Assembly: GCA_002269645.1 (NCBI GenBank)
Contig: NIVC01003683.1
Span: forward strand, 19,103 to 83,102
Source: Macrostomum lignano
Lineage: Eukaryota
DNA length: 64,000 nucleotides
Reading direction: 5' to 3'
Part shown: positions 39,411 to 51,950 of the stretch, piece by piece
Layout: every line of letters starts with the position of its first letter
Position numbering within the stretch: the stretch's first letter is position 1
Translations under genes and position numbers: made by a program
Notes under the pieces: generated by a model
What the model saw: the letters and a program-made list of their open reading frames with translations, nothing else
Databases searched by the model: none
What the model was told of the DNA's origin: nothing

Positions 39411-40349
39411 ACCAAAGATTGGAGCTGTGCCATGCATTTTTATGATTTTTACGAGCGAGGAAATGTACGTAGAATAAAAAATTAACATAGAACCCTAATT
39501 TTCCGAACGAAAAGCTTTATGAATATCGATAGAGCTATAAGAAAGGCACAAAATATCAAAAGATGAACATTGGATCTGCCTCCTATCGAAAGCAATAACA
39601 ACTTTTGTGCTGAAAAATTGACAACTTCCTATCTCCGTAGTGTGTTTTTCGGCGAAAAGTGGCCTACAAAACATTTACCTTAGATTTCGAGTGTTGCGTC
39701 CTTACATACCATGTTGCGTCCTTGTAAGTAGTCCTTGCATACTCGTATTTGTACTCGCACACTCCGGCTCCTGGTGCCCATGACCAGCCCAGTGAGGGGT
39801 CCAGCCAGAGCCCAGAAATGCTGAGTTGTTGTGTTTGCTAGTGCAACATCTGGAGTGGCACCCAGTCCAGGGCATCCAACATTTGCCAATACCGAATCAT
39901 AATTTCGAATTTCGAATCAAGTTAAGTATGCAGAAAGACTAGTCGAAAAAACAACACATCGAAGTTTAAATTTTGAAGACTTCAACAAAAGTTAATCGGT
40001 ATATTGAAACTCTAATTTGAAGACAAAACTCCGAATTCGACTAGATAAAAGAGAACAAATTAAAACAATAAAACAACAAAAAGAAGAGATTCCCGATCCA
40101 AATCAAAATGAGAAATATTGAGCAAATTTAAAGGTACCTAAGTTAAAACTACTAGCAGTAGCATAGTAGCATACACAGTTCTCCATCACCCATCGTCAAA
40201 AAAGGTAACGGCAAAATTTAGACAGAAAATTCATTAAAAATCGGTGGTCAACTTCAAACACTAGTAAGTACAGGAAATAAGGAATTGAATGTCGCAGTTA
40301 TTGGCACATGGACACAACTATAATTATCAAATTATCAATCAAAAGTTTC

Positions 40350-41030
40350 TAAATACGCACCTAACACACTTCCGGTTGAGATCCCAGTCTCTAGATACAC
40401 GTACAACTAAGACAATTACGATTGAGGTTCCAGTCCCTAAATATCTAGATACGCCCCTAACACACTTCCGGTTGAGATCCCAGTTCCTAAATGCGCACCT
40501 AACACACTTCCGGTTGAGGTTCCAGTCCTTAAATATCTAGATACGTACCTAACACACTTCCGGTTGAGATCCCAGTCCCTAGATACACACCTAACACACT
40601 TCCGGTTGAGATCTTAGGCCCTAGATACACACATAACGCACTTCCGGTTGAGGTCCCAGGCCCTAGATACACACCTATCACACTTCCGGTTGAGATCCCA
40701 GTCCCTAGATACACCTACCTAACACACTTCCGGTTGAGATCTCAGTCCCTAGATACACACCTAACACACTTCCGGTTGAGATCCCAGTCCCTAGATACAC
40801 ACCTAACACACTTCCGGTTGAGATCTTAGTCCCTAGATACACACCTAACACACTTCCGGTTGAGATCCCAGTCCCTAGATACACACCTAACACACTTCCG
40901 GTTGAGATCCCAGGCCCTAGATACACACCTAACACACTTCCGGTTGAGATCCCAGTTCCTTAATGCGCACCTAATACACTTCCGGTTTAGATATCAGTCC
41001 CTGAATTCACACCAGCCTACTTCCGGACTT
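40350..41030. repeat. 42-bp minisatellite carrying cacttccggt
   Basis: Period of 42 (40801, 40843). Confidence 0.92.
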
Positions 41031-41062
41031 TCATCCTAAAGGTCACGACCTCGCCGGCCAAC

Positions 41063-41503
41063 TCAATGATCCTTCGAGTTCCGACGCTGAGCGGCCACAA
41101 ACTCCGTATAGTCAACGTATCCGTCGCCATTAGTATCCTCATCCCGCAGGATTTGATCAACAGTGCTCTCCAGATTGTGATCGCTCACCACAGAAGCGGA
41201 ATTGTCGCTGTCCGAGTGTCCCCGACTGCCGTGGTCAAGCAGCGACTTGACCAGCTCGGCGCCGTCCAGCCGTCCGTTGTTATCGAAATCGTGCAGCTTA
41301 AAATAATAATACTCCTGTTGCTCCTGCTGCGAGCCCGGCCCGGCCGAGTCGCTCAGCCGGATGTCGCGCATGTGCTGGGCCAGGTGCTCGGGGCTGTGCA
41401 CACCCATGGGGTCCTGCACGCTGTGGGCCCACACCGAGGAGCCGGCGCTGACGATGGCCGCGATGAGAGCAGCTAGCAGCGCATTATGGTGTAGGCGGAG
41501 CAT
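41063..41503 (-). CDS. MCFD2: MCFD2-like secreted EF-hand protein
   Basis: From the ATG at 41503: signal peptide, EHLAQH, YYYFKLHDFDNNGRLDGAEL and DEDTNGDGYVDYTEF EF-hands. The longer ORF-track start is microsatellite. Confidence 0.88.
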   Translation of the reverse strand: MLRLHHNALLAALIAAIVSAGSSVWAHSVQDPMGVHSPEHLAQHMRDIRLSDSAGPGSQQEQQEYYYFKLHDFDNNGRLDGAELVKSLLDHGSRGHSDSDNSASVVSDHNLESTVDQILRDEDTNGDGYVDYTEFVAAQRRNSKDH

Positions 41504-41631
41504 TGCTGATTGAGATGATTTTGCAGTGGCAGCTGCTCGAGACTGGGGGCATGCATTTAAATGAGAATGAATCGTCACTGATTGAATTGTGGCCAGACTG
41601 CGGCTTGCGATAACATTAATTGATAGATGGA

Positions 41632-41701
41632 TAGATGGACAGACAGACAGACAGACGGACGGACGGACGGACGGACGGACGGACGGACGGACGGACGGAC
41701 G

Positions 41702-41741
<40 letters not shown>

Positions 41742-41742
41742 C

Positions 41743-41781
<39 letters not shown>

Positions 41782-41838
41782 CACAGACAGACAGACACTG
41801 ACACTGACACTAAGACACTAAGACAGACAGACAGAAAC

Positions 41839-41921
<83 letters not shown>

Positions 41922-42012
41922 TACAGACAGAGACAGACAGACAGACAGACAGACACACAGAGACAGACAGAGACAGACAGAAAGACAGACAGACAGAGAG
42001 ACAGACAGACAG
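41632..42012. repeat. (GACA)n/(GACG)n microsatellite
   Basis: Direct reading. Confidence 0.97.
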
Positions 42013-42372
42013 GTTAAAATAACTAGATTGAAAGCTGTTTAAGAAACGCCACACGATAATAAGATTTAAAAAATACATATGTAAGTATTAATATAAATTT
42101 TTGTATTAGCCACAAAAATCAGCCAAAAACAGTGTACAAGTATGGAAACATCAGGTAAAGGCAGCAACGTTAGGCAGCTAAACAGAAAGCATTCAATCAT
42201 CGGATGGAATGAGAGCAGCGGAAAAAACTGAGGGGAGATTCTGGCCTGTAAAAGTTCAACATAAAAATTAGCACACAAAATTCATACGAGTGCACAGTAG
42301 TACGGAAGATTATCTAATATTAGAATAATCAGTTGATCAGTGCAGATCCCTCACAGCGCACAGTCAGCCCCC

Positions 42373-43068
42373 CTACAGCCAGTTCCTGTAGGCATGGATG
42401 CCAAACAGCATGACAGCAGCGGTGGCCGCGGAGCCAGTGACGAATCCGTACAGAAAGCTGCTCCTCTCTGTGCTGCTCAGAGACCGAATATAATTGGTGG
42501 CAAACCGGACCAGCTCTAGGAGCAGGTAGGCCAGAAACCAACGCAGCAATTTGCAGCCTAACTGAATGAAAGCCTCGGAGCCTTGCTCAACAAAGCATTT
42601 CGCTAGCAAACAGGCCATAAAGTAGAACAGTGTTACAAAAGCTTCAAGGCTGAGCCCGTGCTCAAACAGATCTTTTAACTGTTGATGGAAGCTCTCGTAA
42701 TTAAGGCTGTCCAACCGAATGCTAGCCGCCAGCTGCCTTGTGCTGTCGGCTTGCCGTGATCGAGCAAACTCATTAGCGATTTGCAGCAGGTTGCGACCGA
42801 ACGAGCCGGAGTTGTTTAGAGCAGCCTGGGGTTGCGCGGTCAACAGCTGCTCAGGCGGGTGCACCAGCTCGCCAGTGGCGGCTTGCACGGCTCTTCTGGT
42901 GTCCAAATTAGCATGCAGCTGCTCCAGGTTGAGGTTGAGTAGTGCGTTGGATATTTCAAACACCTGCTGACCTTCTGTGTCCAGCTCTTCAAATTGCGGC
43001 ACAACAACATTGGTCTCTTCGACTTGGCGAGACTGCCGCGCCATGTCACCGGCAGGTTTCTCGGCCAT
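42373..43068 (-). CDS. Bcl-2-family-like protein with degenerate BH motifs and a C-terminal TM anchor
   Basis: BH3-like NLLQIANEF, BH1-region FHQQLKDLFEHGLSLEAFVTLFYF, terminal hydrophobic helix followed by RNWL. Confidence 0.7.
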   Translation of the reverse strand: MAEKPAGDMARQSRQVEETNVVVPQFEELDTEGQQVFEISNALLNLNLEQLHANLDTRRAVQAATGELVHPPEQLLTAQPQAALNNSGSFGRNLLQIANEFARSRQADSTRQLAASIRLDSLNYESFHQQLKDLFEHGLSLEAFVTLFYFMACLLAKCFVEQGSEAFIQLGCKLLRWFLAYLLLELVRFATNYIRSLSSTERSSFLYGFVTGSAATAAVMLFGIHAYRNWL

Positions 43069-43254
43069 TGTCTAGTGGGGCTGCTCTGGAGCATTGGAAA
43101 CGTTTTTTAGTGGCATTAGAACTTGTTCTACAATGAATAGTAGGTAGTCTCGCACTTTTACTATATCGCTTGTTTCTACCTTAAGCAGTCACCCAAACTA
43201 CTACCGTTATGATACAATATACATGTAGCTATACTAGATATTCTGCAGTCGTCG

Positions 43255-43565
43255 GTACCCGAGATCTGTTACGCAATCGGTACCTGAGATCTGTTACGCA
43301 ATCGGTACCTGAGATCTGTTACGCAATCGGTACCTGAGATCTGTTACGCAATCGGTACCTGAGTTCTGTTACGCAATCGGTACCTGAGATCTGTTACGCA
43401 ATCGATACCTGAGATCTGTTACGCAATCGGTACCTGAGATCTGTTACGCAATCGGTACCTGAGATCTGTTACGCAATCGGTACCTGAGATCTTTTACACA
43501 ATCGGTACCCAAATTCTGTTACGCAATCGGTACCTGAGATCTGCTACGCCATCGGTATCTGCGAT
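43255..43565. repeat. 25-bp minisatellite (gagatctgttacgcaatcggtacct) in a head-to-head promoter interval
   Basis: Period of 25 (43261, 43286). Confidence 0.92.
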
Positions 43566-44113
43566 CTGTGTGGCGCTGCTGGCACCATACTGGCAAAGAC
43601 TCGCAGAACTCATCGAAAGCCTGCTCTCTGACGCCGGCGCCGCGCTACCCTTCTGTGCCCCTGACAGCGCATCTTGTTGCCTTCACATAATATTTCAATC
43701 CAAGGAACTTCCTACGGGAATTTTTTCGCGGTATACTAGTCTATTAAGGATAATTGAGTAATTAACTAGAGATTTAAAATTCCACTGACATTTTCCATAC
43801 TATTTATGGATAGAGCGGCCCGTGGACAGAACAGTACGCTCGTATAGAGAATATTAAAAATTCCAAAGAAATCTGGCGGCTAAAGAAGCGTCAGATATAA
43901 AAATAGCAAGACGAAAATGACACAAGGCAAGGACTAGCGTGTGCGCTACACGTCCGTACTTACTATTGTACGCTATTAGCATACAGTAATTGCGCGTATC
44001 AGTTATTCAAAGCAATAACTTCTTATTCCTAATTGTACAACCCTGGCATGGGTTTGTATGAAGCGACGAGATGCGAAGTTCCGTTTCTTATTTATATATA
44101 AGTCAATCTTTGT

Positions 44114-45008
44114 ATGCGAGTAATTGATATTTTACCTACTAAAAAAGTAGATTGAAGCATCGCAACAACAACTGACAATTGGAAACAGCGGCAGCAAGAA
44201 TAAAACGGTGGTGCCAACGGCCAAGCTAGATAGAAAGATTGACGGAGTTCAGTACACTGTCGAATTTGAACTCGCACCATTCGATAAGGGACAATGCAGA
44301 TATGCCTTCAAAGGTGTCTACAAAGGCAACGGTCCGCTGGATGGTAAACCGTGCGTCACGAAGGTATTCATTAAAGAAGCGGCGCGGCACTACAAGAACT
44401 ACATGCCGGATGTAGAAGCAAGCCAGAAGGCCAACGAATTTGCAATGGCATTCAATTCTCGATATGCTAGCAGCAAGCCGCTGCAATTCATCGTCCCAAA
44501 GCTGGCCACGGTGAAGCAAATTCCCACAGGAGACAAATATGAGCATGCCAAGGTTGGCGACAGAATCCTGGTTGAAGACTTTATTCAAGGCAGTTATGAG
44601 AAGTTTAACAGCAACGGCGGCTGGCAAAGCGAAGAAGTGGCGGCCATCCCGACATTCTCGCACTTTACCTACTGGTTTTCTGAAAGTCAGTTCCTCGTGT
44701 GCGACATCCAGGGCGTCAGGACACCGACTGGCTACATACTCACTGACCCGGCCGTGCTGTCCAGACAGCAGGGAAAGTTCGGTCCTACCGACCTCGGTGC
44801 AACGGGTATGGCTGAATTCTTTATGAATCACCGATGCACCAGCGTGTGCAGCGAGTTCCCAACTCCGGTCTTCAACCAGGGCAAGAGAATCAACCGCGGC
44901 AGGTGGGACCGCCACCACAGCACCTATACTTTCATGCTGGGCAAACAGGAACAGGACGCCAACGAGTACTTTAAGAGACGCAGCGATCTGCCAGCTATCA
45001 CCGAGTAA
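44114..45008 (+). CDS. Stand-alone alpha-kinase (eEF2K/MHCK family catalytic domain)
   Basis: PFDKGQCRYAF, VTKVF, VEDFIQGSYEKFNSN, FSHFTY, LVCDIQG, LTDPA, GPTDLG, HRCTSVC. Frame is open from 44151; an ATG at 44114 is reachable through a 31-nt GT-AG intron (44120-44150). Confidence 0.88.
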
Positions 45009-45926
45009 TCTTCGACCAGATAACTCTAACGAGGATGTCGCAACGCTTGTATTCTGACCCCTTCGAAAACGAATAATCCCTCTATCCGTATACACAAGTC
45101 AAAGTAAAAAATATCTATTAAGCGATATAAATTGACATCCTTACTATAATGGCACATTTTTATACCAAAAAGTGTCTCTGCTATCTTTACTCTAATAAGT
45201 AAAATTGGAATTGTTTAAATAAACCAAAGCTAAATTGTTCCACCAATAATAAAGTTCATGCCTACTGCTCTTAATCCATCCTATTTACAACTACTAATTT
45301 CAACATTGGAATAGTAAAAGACAGGACAAAAAGACATATTATAGGATGAAAAAATGAGGCGATGCGACTGCAGAACAGTCCGCTATAAATGAGCTTATAT
45401 TTAACCACAGATAATATAACGCATGTTTACCTTTGTTTATATGAATAAATCTTATGAAGCCTAATAAAATTTATTAACCGGGAGAAACTTTTAACATTTC
45501 AATTATCAAACTTACGTATTCTACTAAGGCTACTAAGGCTAGCGAATATGTAGAATAAAAAGTGACAATGGAAGAACACAAAGACAATGTTAAAAATCAA
45601 TTTAGACGCATTCGGCAGTTAGTGCTGATTAGAGTTCAACTATAATGGCATAGTAGATTTATTTACAAGAAAGACCCCTACTATTAAAATACATTATAAC
45701 CAGAAGCACCCTTAGAAACCTACATTATTTTTCATGATATAACAAGGAACGTTTGAGTCAATGTATAAGAGAGGCGGGTAAACCTTCGCACCAAAACGTC
45801 TGTTTAGAACACAGATACTAAAACTAGAAAAGTAACACGCAAATATGCACTTATTTACTACTTTTTGAGTAGCAAAATTAGAGATTTTGCTCTAATAATA
45901 GTCAAATTTTAATTAGATTTAAATAC

Positions 45927-46451
45927 AAATTCACTGCGTGTGCATAGCGAGCAAGAGAGAAAAGGGTGGCTCAGCCTCCAAAGAGACCGACAAACAGTAT
46001 GGCTTTCCTCTTGCCCGCTTGCGTCTGACTTTGACCTCTCTCCTTACTGTTCTCTTATTGGCTGAGCCAGATTGGGCCTGCCCCCTAGGCTGATTTTCGT
46101 CCGTCTGACTCTGACCTCTCTCCTTACAGCTCTCTCATTGGCTGAGCCAGATTGCCCCCCCCCCTAGGCTGAGTTTCGTCTGTCTGACTCTGACCTCTCT
46201 TCTTACAGCTCTCTCATTGGCTGAGCTAGATTTAGCCTGCTTCCTAGGCTGTTTCATCCGTCTTGCACTCACTTGTGTACATGGAATTAATTGCTTGTAG
46301 TTCATTCTGAACCTCTTATGCTCTTGAGGCCGCAAACCCCGAGAAAGGAAAGGATTCCTTAGCGGCCACATAAGTCTAAGTGACACTGCGAAGACAAACA
46401 ACTGAAAAAGAGTAGAAGCACTGTTTTTTCACAACTTTAATTGCGAGTGAC
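45927..46451. mobile_element. Dispersed non-autonomous repeat, copy B
   Basis: Homologous to 701-1298. Confidence 0.7.
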
Positions 46452-46793
46452 AAAATCTGGTTATTCTAGCATTCGTGCTACAAAGTGAATATATACTCTA
46501 AATAATTAATGACAAGCAAAATCTTTTATAACTAATTAAAGCGAAAGAAGTGAAAAATATTTACAAAATAAAATCATAATGTAGTATTAAGCGCACCACA
46601 CACGCGAGACGAGACGCACCGCTGAACGTAGCACAGTTAGTTTAGTAATTACAAGCTTGCATTACAAATCGAATTTTTAAGACGCATACCACAGTGATAT
46701 CAGAAAATTATTAATAATAAATTTACGCATTAATCCGATAGTTAAACTACTTGTCCTTTTGTAAATTATCAACCTTTGCCAGGCCTTAATAAC

Positions 46794-49700
46794 CTACTGC
46801 GTCTTATCAATATTGGTTACATCGTCCGGGATAGCGTCCTCCGGGCTGGCCAGGGTGAGATCTGACAGCGGCCCAACGTAGGCGTGCTCAACAGCGTGCA
46901 GCTTGCAGTTGAGCTTCGGGTTCGACGACAGAGGCAGATTATGCAGCACCGGGTGCGCCTGCATTGCGGCAGAGTTTTTTTGGGTTTCGGAATCAAGGTA
47001 GGCATAGTAAATAGCATTAAGATTTCAGCGGAGTGGGTTACCATCGGATTAGGGGTGGATTACCGGGAGTACGAGGTTTGCTTGCGGGAAGTTTGCTTGC
47101 GGGAAGTTTGCTAGCCGAAGTTTGCTTGCAGGAATTTTGATGTCTGCTTCCTAGAAATTTCTTGCGAAGTTGGTGTGAAGTTGGAAGTTGATTATTTGTA
47201 AGTAAAAAACTAAATTATTCCATTTCTGCGTTACGCCATATCCGCCATATCCTCATACAAAATAGGCGACTTCCATGAATCTTAGAAAATTATTTTAGTA
47301 TAATGGATGAAAATTAGAAATACAAGAGCTCAAAAATAGGTTCTTTAAGGTTCCACAAGAAAACTTTGGCTGGCAAACCTCGGCAAGCAAATTTCCTGCA
47401 AGCAAACTTCGGCAAGTAAAGTTCGGCAAGCAAACTTCTCGCAAGCAATTTCATAGACCCGTTCAGTCCAAGGACTCGGGGGTCGCCACACACACCCTCA
47501 ATTACCCCAGCTAATGCTGGCACCCATTTTACAGCTGGGTGAACTGAAGCAATGCAGAGTTAAGTCTAAGTGTCTTGCTTACATGTAAGGACACAAATTG
47601 TTCCAGTGGGATCGGGAATCGAACCCCCGACCTTCCAGTCGTAAGCTCTACGCTCTAACCACTAGGCTACAACCCTCCTGGGACTAGGGAAGTCAAAGTG
47701 GATTATAATGGAATTAGTCAAGTGGGTTGCAATGGAATTACGGAAGCGGATTAGCATGGGATTAGTAAATAGGCCCCCAGGTAGGCGGCACACCTAAGAG
47801 CCTTACCTGAATCAGGTTGAGCAGGGAGGGGATGCCCAGCTCCAGTGGAAAGAACAGGCTGACAAACACGTCGTCATCGTCAGCGTCGGAGTCGTCATCG
47901 GCGTCCCGAGCTCCGGGCTCGCACGACAGAAGGCTGCCGGGCTGTTGAGCAACTCGGCGCATCTGAGCGACCAGGTGGGCAACCGCCTCAGCCTCCGAGG
48001 TGGTGTAGGCGGTCACCAGCAGGTGGCGGCCCAGGCTGGCGCGGTGCTGGCAGCGGAAGCTGATCCCGGCTTCCTCATCGCCGCCGCTGTCCGTGCCGTT
48101 CAGCCCGCTGACGAAGGGCCGAGCGCCGGGGCCAAGGACGGGGTCGCTGCCGGCCTGTGTCCGTGCATTGTGAACCAGTTTTGCCTATATCTCCTAAATC
48201 CCAATACCCCATCTTGACATCCCAATACCCAATCTTGACATCCCAATATCCCATCTTGAAATCCCAATATCCCATCTTGAAATCCCAATATCCCATCTTG
48301 AAATCCCAATATCCCATCTTGAAATCCCAATATCCGATCTTGAAATCCCAATATCCCATCTTGGAAATCCCAATATCCCATCTTGAAATCCCAATACCCC
48401 ATATTGAAATCCCAATATCCCATCTTGAAATCCCAATATCCCATCTAGAAATCCCTATATCCCATCTTGAAATCCCAATATCCTATCTAGAAATCCCAAT
48501 ATCCTATCTAGAAATCCCAATATCCCATCTAGAAATCCCAATATCCCATCTTGAAATCCCAATATCCTATCTAGAAATCCCAATATCCTATCTAGAAATC
48601 CCAATATCCTATCTAGAAATCCCAATATCCTATCTAGAAATCCCAGTATCCTATCTAGAAATCCCAATATCCCATCTTGAAATCCCAATATCCCATCTAG
48701 AAATCCCAGTATCCTATTTAGAAATCTCAGTATCCTATCTAGAAATCCCAATATCCTATCTAGAAATCCCAATATCCCATCTAGAAATCCCAATATCCCA
48801 TCTTGAAATCCCAATATCCCATCTAGAAATCCCGTATCCTATTTAGAAATCTCAGTATCCTATCTAGAAATCCCAGTATCCTATCTAGAAATCCCAATAT
48901 CCCATCTAAAAATCCCAATATCCCATCTAGAAATCCCAATACCCCATCCTGAGATCCCAATACCTCGTCTGTAAATTACGAAACCCTATTTTTATTCCCA
49001 ATACCCCGGGCTATATATATCAATACTCAATACTACAATAAGAGTGCTTAAACAAAAGGACGCGAATCAATTTACCCGCATTAAATTGTCCTCATCGAGT
49101 CGCATGGGCAGGCGGCAAACCTGCAGATGGCCGCTAGGAAACAGTCGCTGCCGAGTAGCCGGCCTGTCAGCCAGAAGGCGCCACAAATCGCCGGGCTCCG
49201 CCGCGTCAATCGGTTCACTCGGCGCCGATTGTGGCGCCAACAGCCTCGGCGCCAATTCGGTGCGATAGTAGAGCGAATTGAAGTGAAAGCCCAGCTGGCC
49301 AAGCGAGCTCAGCACGGTGAAGGCGCCGGACCGGCTGGCCAGGGCGTCGCGCGAGTAGCGCGGCATGCAGAGCGAGCCGAGGGTGCGCCTGATCGGCAGG
49401 CGGCCCTCGCCAACGCTGACGTCGGCCAGGGCAGCGGCGGCCAGGCGGGCCAACACGCCGCTGCCGACCAGGTCGGAGCGGGCCCGGCCGTGGGTCAGCA
49501 CGGCCGATTCGCAGTTGTCGACAAGGACAACGTTTAAAAAGGCGGCAGCTTCGCCGACGCCAGCGCTGTCCAGCGTCTCGGCCAGGTAGGCCCGACGGGG
49601 GAATCCCTGGACGTCCGCATCAGCCGACGGCATCAATCGGAGAAGCTGATCGACATCGTCCAGACCGCCGTGAGCCTGCGGCTGAAGCTGGCGCAGCTGC

Positions 49701-49906
49701 GGCAGGTCGTCAAGGCCGACACGGCGAATCCGCAGCCGGCTTAGGTCTACGCGGCTTCGACTATCGCCGGCTGAGTCGGGCGTGCTGGTGGTGGCGCAGG
49801 CGCAGTAGCATCGCGCGGAGGCGACGAGGCTACGGCGCAACGACAGAGGCAGCACCGCGGCGGAGAGCCAGCCGGCCCGATTGGCGAGTCGAAACGACGG
49901 CGACAT
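46794..49906 (-). CDS. GNAT acetyltransferase of the NAT16/histidine N-acetyltransferase type, 3 exons
   Basis: Exons 49906-49076, 48184-47807 and 46958-46794, all phase 0 with GT-AG. HGGLDDVDQL..RAYLAE..LVDNCESAVLTHGR..GSG resembles the NAT16 N-domain. Confidence 0.75.
47075..47450. mobile_element. Small fold-back element with clustered gcaagcaaactt subrepeats in inverted orientation
   Basis: aagtttgcttgc clusters at 47075-47150 are mirrored by gcaagcaaactt clusters at 47370-47450. Confidence 0.55.
47460..47675 (-). mobile_element. tRNA-derived CORE-like SINE (3' truncated)
   Basis: Minus strand: A-box tagcctagtggttagagc, B-box ggttcgattcc, then a CORE-like aagacactt..aactctgcattgcttcagttcacccagctgtaaaatggg. 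Confidence 0.8.
48200..48965. repeat. 21-bp intronic minisatellite (gaaatcccaatatcccatctt)
   Basis: Fills intron 1 of the NAT16-like gene. Confidence 0.95.
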
Positions 49907-49984
49907 GGTCGCGGTTGACGAGCAGCTGGAAAAGCGACGGACGGCGATGCTGGTAAGCTTTTGGCTTGTGACCACACCTGCCTA

Positions 49985-51950
49985 CATGTACTTTGAGTTG
50001 CCTCTACACTCACCTGTCTACTTTGAGTAGCCTCTACACTCACCTGTCTACTTTGAGTAGCCTCTACACTCACCTGTCTACTTTGAGTAGCCTCTACACT
50101 CACCTGTCTACTTTGAGTAGCCTCTACACTCACCTGTCTACTTTGAGTAGCCTCTACACTCACCTGTCTACTTTGAGTAGCCTCTACACTCACCTGTCTA
50201 CTTTGAGTAGCCTCTACACTCACCTGTCTACTTTGAGTAGCCTCTACACTCACCTGTCTACTTTGAGTAGCCTCTACACTCACCTGTCTACTTTGAGTAG
50301 CCTCTACACTCACCTGTCTACTTTGAGTAGCCTCTACACTCACCTGTCTACTTTGAGTAGCCTCTACACTCACCTGTCTACTTTGAGTAGCCTCTACACT
50401 CACCTGTCTACTTTGAGTAGCCTCTACACTCACCTGTCTACTTTGAGTAGCCTCTACACTCACCTGTCTACTTTGAGTAGCCTCTACACTCACCTGTCTA
50501 CTTTGAGTAGCCTCTACACTCACCTGTCTACTTTGAGTAGCCTCTACACTCACCTGTCTACTTTGAGTAGCCTCTACACTCACCTGTCTACTTTGAGTAG
50601 CCTCTACACTCACCTGTCTACTTTGAGTAGCCTCTACACTCACCTGTCTACTTTGAGTAGCCTCTACACTCACCTGTCTACTTTGAGTAGCCTCTACACT
50701 CCCCTGTCTACTTTGAGTAGCCTCTACATTTATTGTCTACTCTGAGTAGCCTCTACGCTTACCTGTCTACTTTGAGTAGCCTCTACACTCACCTGTCTAC
50801 TTTGAGTAGCCTCTACACTCACCTGTCTACTTTGAGTAGCCTCTACACTCACCTGTCTACTTTGAGTAGCCTCTACACTCACCTGTCTACTTTGAGTAGC
50901 CTCTACACTCACCTGTCTACTTTGAGTAGCCTCTACACTCACCTGTCTACTTTGAGTAGCCTCTACACTCACCTGTCTACTTTGAGTAGCCTCTACACTC
51001 ACCTGTCTACTTTGAGTAGCCTCTACACTCACCTGTCTACTTTGAGTAGCCTCTACACTCACCTGTCTACTTTGAGTAGCCTCTACACTCACCTGTCTAC
51101 TTTGAGTAGCCTCTACACTCACCTGTCTACTTTGAGTAGCCTCTACACTCACCTGTCTACTTTGAGTAGCCTCTACACTCACCTGTCTACTTTGAGTAGC
51201 CTCTACACTCCCCTGTCTACTTTGAGTAGCCTCTACATTCACCTGTCTACTTTGAGTAGCCTCTACACTCACCTGTCTACTTTGAGTAGCCTCTACACTC
51301 CCCTGTCTACTTTGAGTAGCCTCTACATTTATTGTCTACTCTGAGTAGCCTCTACGCTTACCTGTCTACTTTGAGTAGCCTCTACACTCACCTGTCTACT
51401 TTGAGTAGCCTCTACACTCACCTGTCTACTTTGAGTAGCCTCTACACTCACCTGTCTACTTTGAGTAGCCTCTACACTCACCTGTCTACTTTGAGTAGCC
51501 TCTACACTCACCTGTCTACTTTGAGTAGCCTCTACACTCACCTGTCTACTTTGAGTAGCCTCTACACTCACCTGTCTACTTTGAGTAGCCTCTACACTCC
51601 CCTGTCTACTTTGAGTAGCCTCTACATTTATTGTCTACTCTGAGTAGCCTCTACGCTTACCTGTCTACTTTGAGTAGCCTCTCCATTATCCTCTCACTGC
51701 CTACTTTGACTAGCCTCTCTACTCGCCTCTCACTGCCTAATTTGAGTCGCGTCTCTACTCTCCTATCTCCGCCTACTTTGAGTAGCCTCTCTACTCTCCC
51801 CTCACTGCCTACGTTGAGTAGCCTCTCTACTCTCCTCTCACCGCCTACTTTGAGCATCTCTACTGTTGCGAAGGAGAAGTGTAGCGTCTCTACTCTCCTC
51901 TCACTGCCTACTTTGAGTAGCCACTCTACTCTCCTCTCACCGCCTACTTA
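49985..51950. repeat. 30-bp, highly homogeneous satellite (ctactttgagtagcctctacactcacctgt)
   Basis: Exact 30-bp periodicity; variant blocks recur near 50701, 51301 and 51601; degenerate tail to about 51950. Confidence 0.97.

Noticed and set aside
39680-39889. Short GC-richer ORF cluster
   Set aside because: All frames are short and unrecognisable; it may be an exon or TE fragment but is unsupported.
41575-42078. SVCL/DRQT-repeat N-terminal extension of MCFD2 and similar ORFs at 4813-5556
   Set aside because: These are (GACA)n microsatellite translations; the MCFD2 signal peptide starts at 41503.
47600-47675. tRNA gene-like sequence (also near 57600-57660 and 61215-61286)
   Set aside because: It has A/B boxes but continues into a shared SINE body, so these are SINE heads, not tRNA genes.
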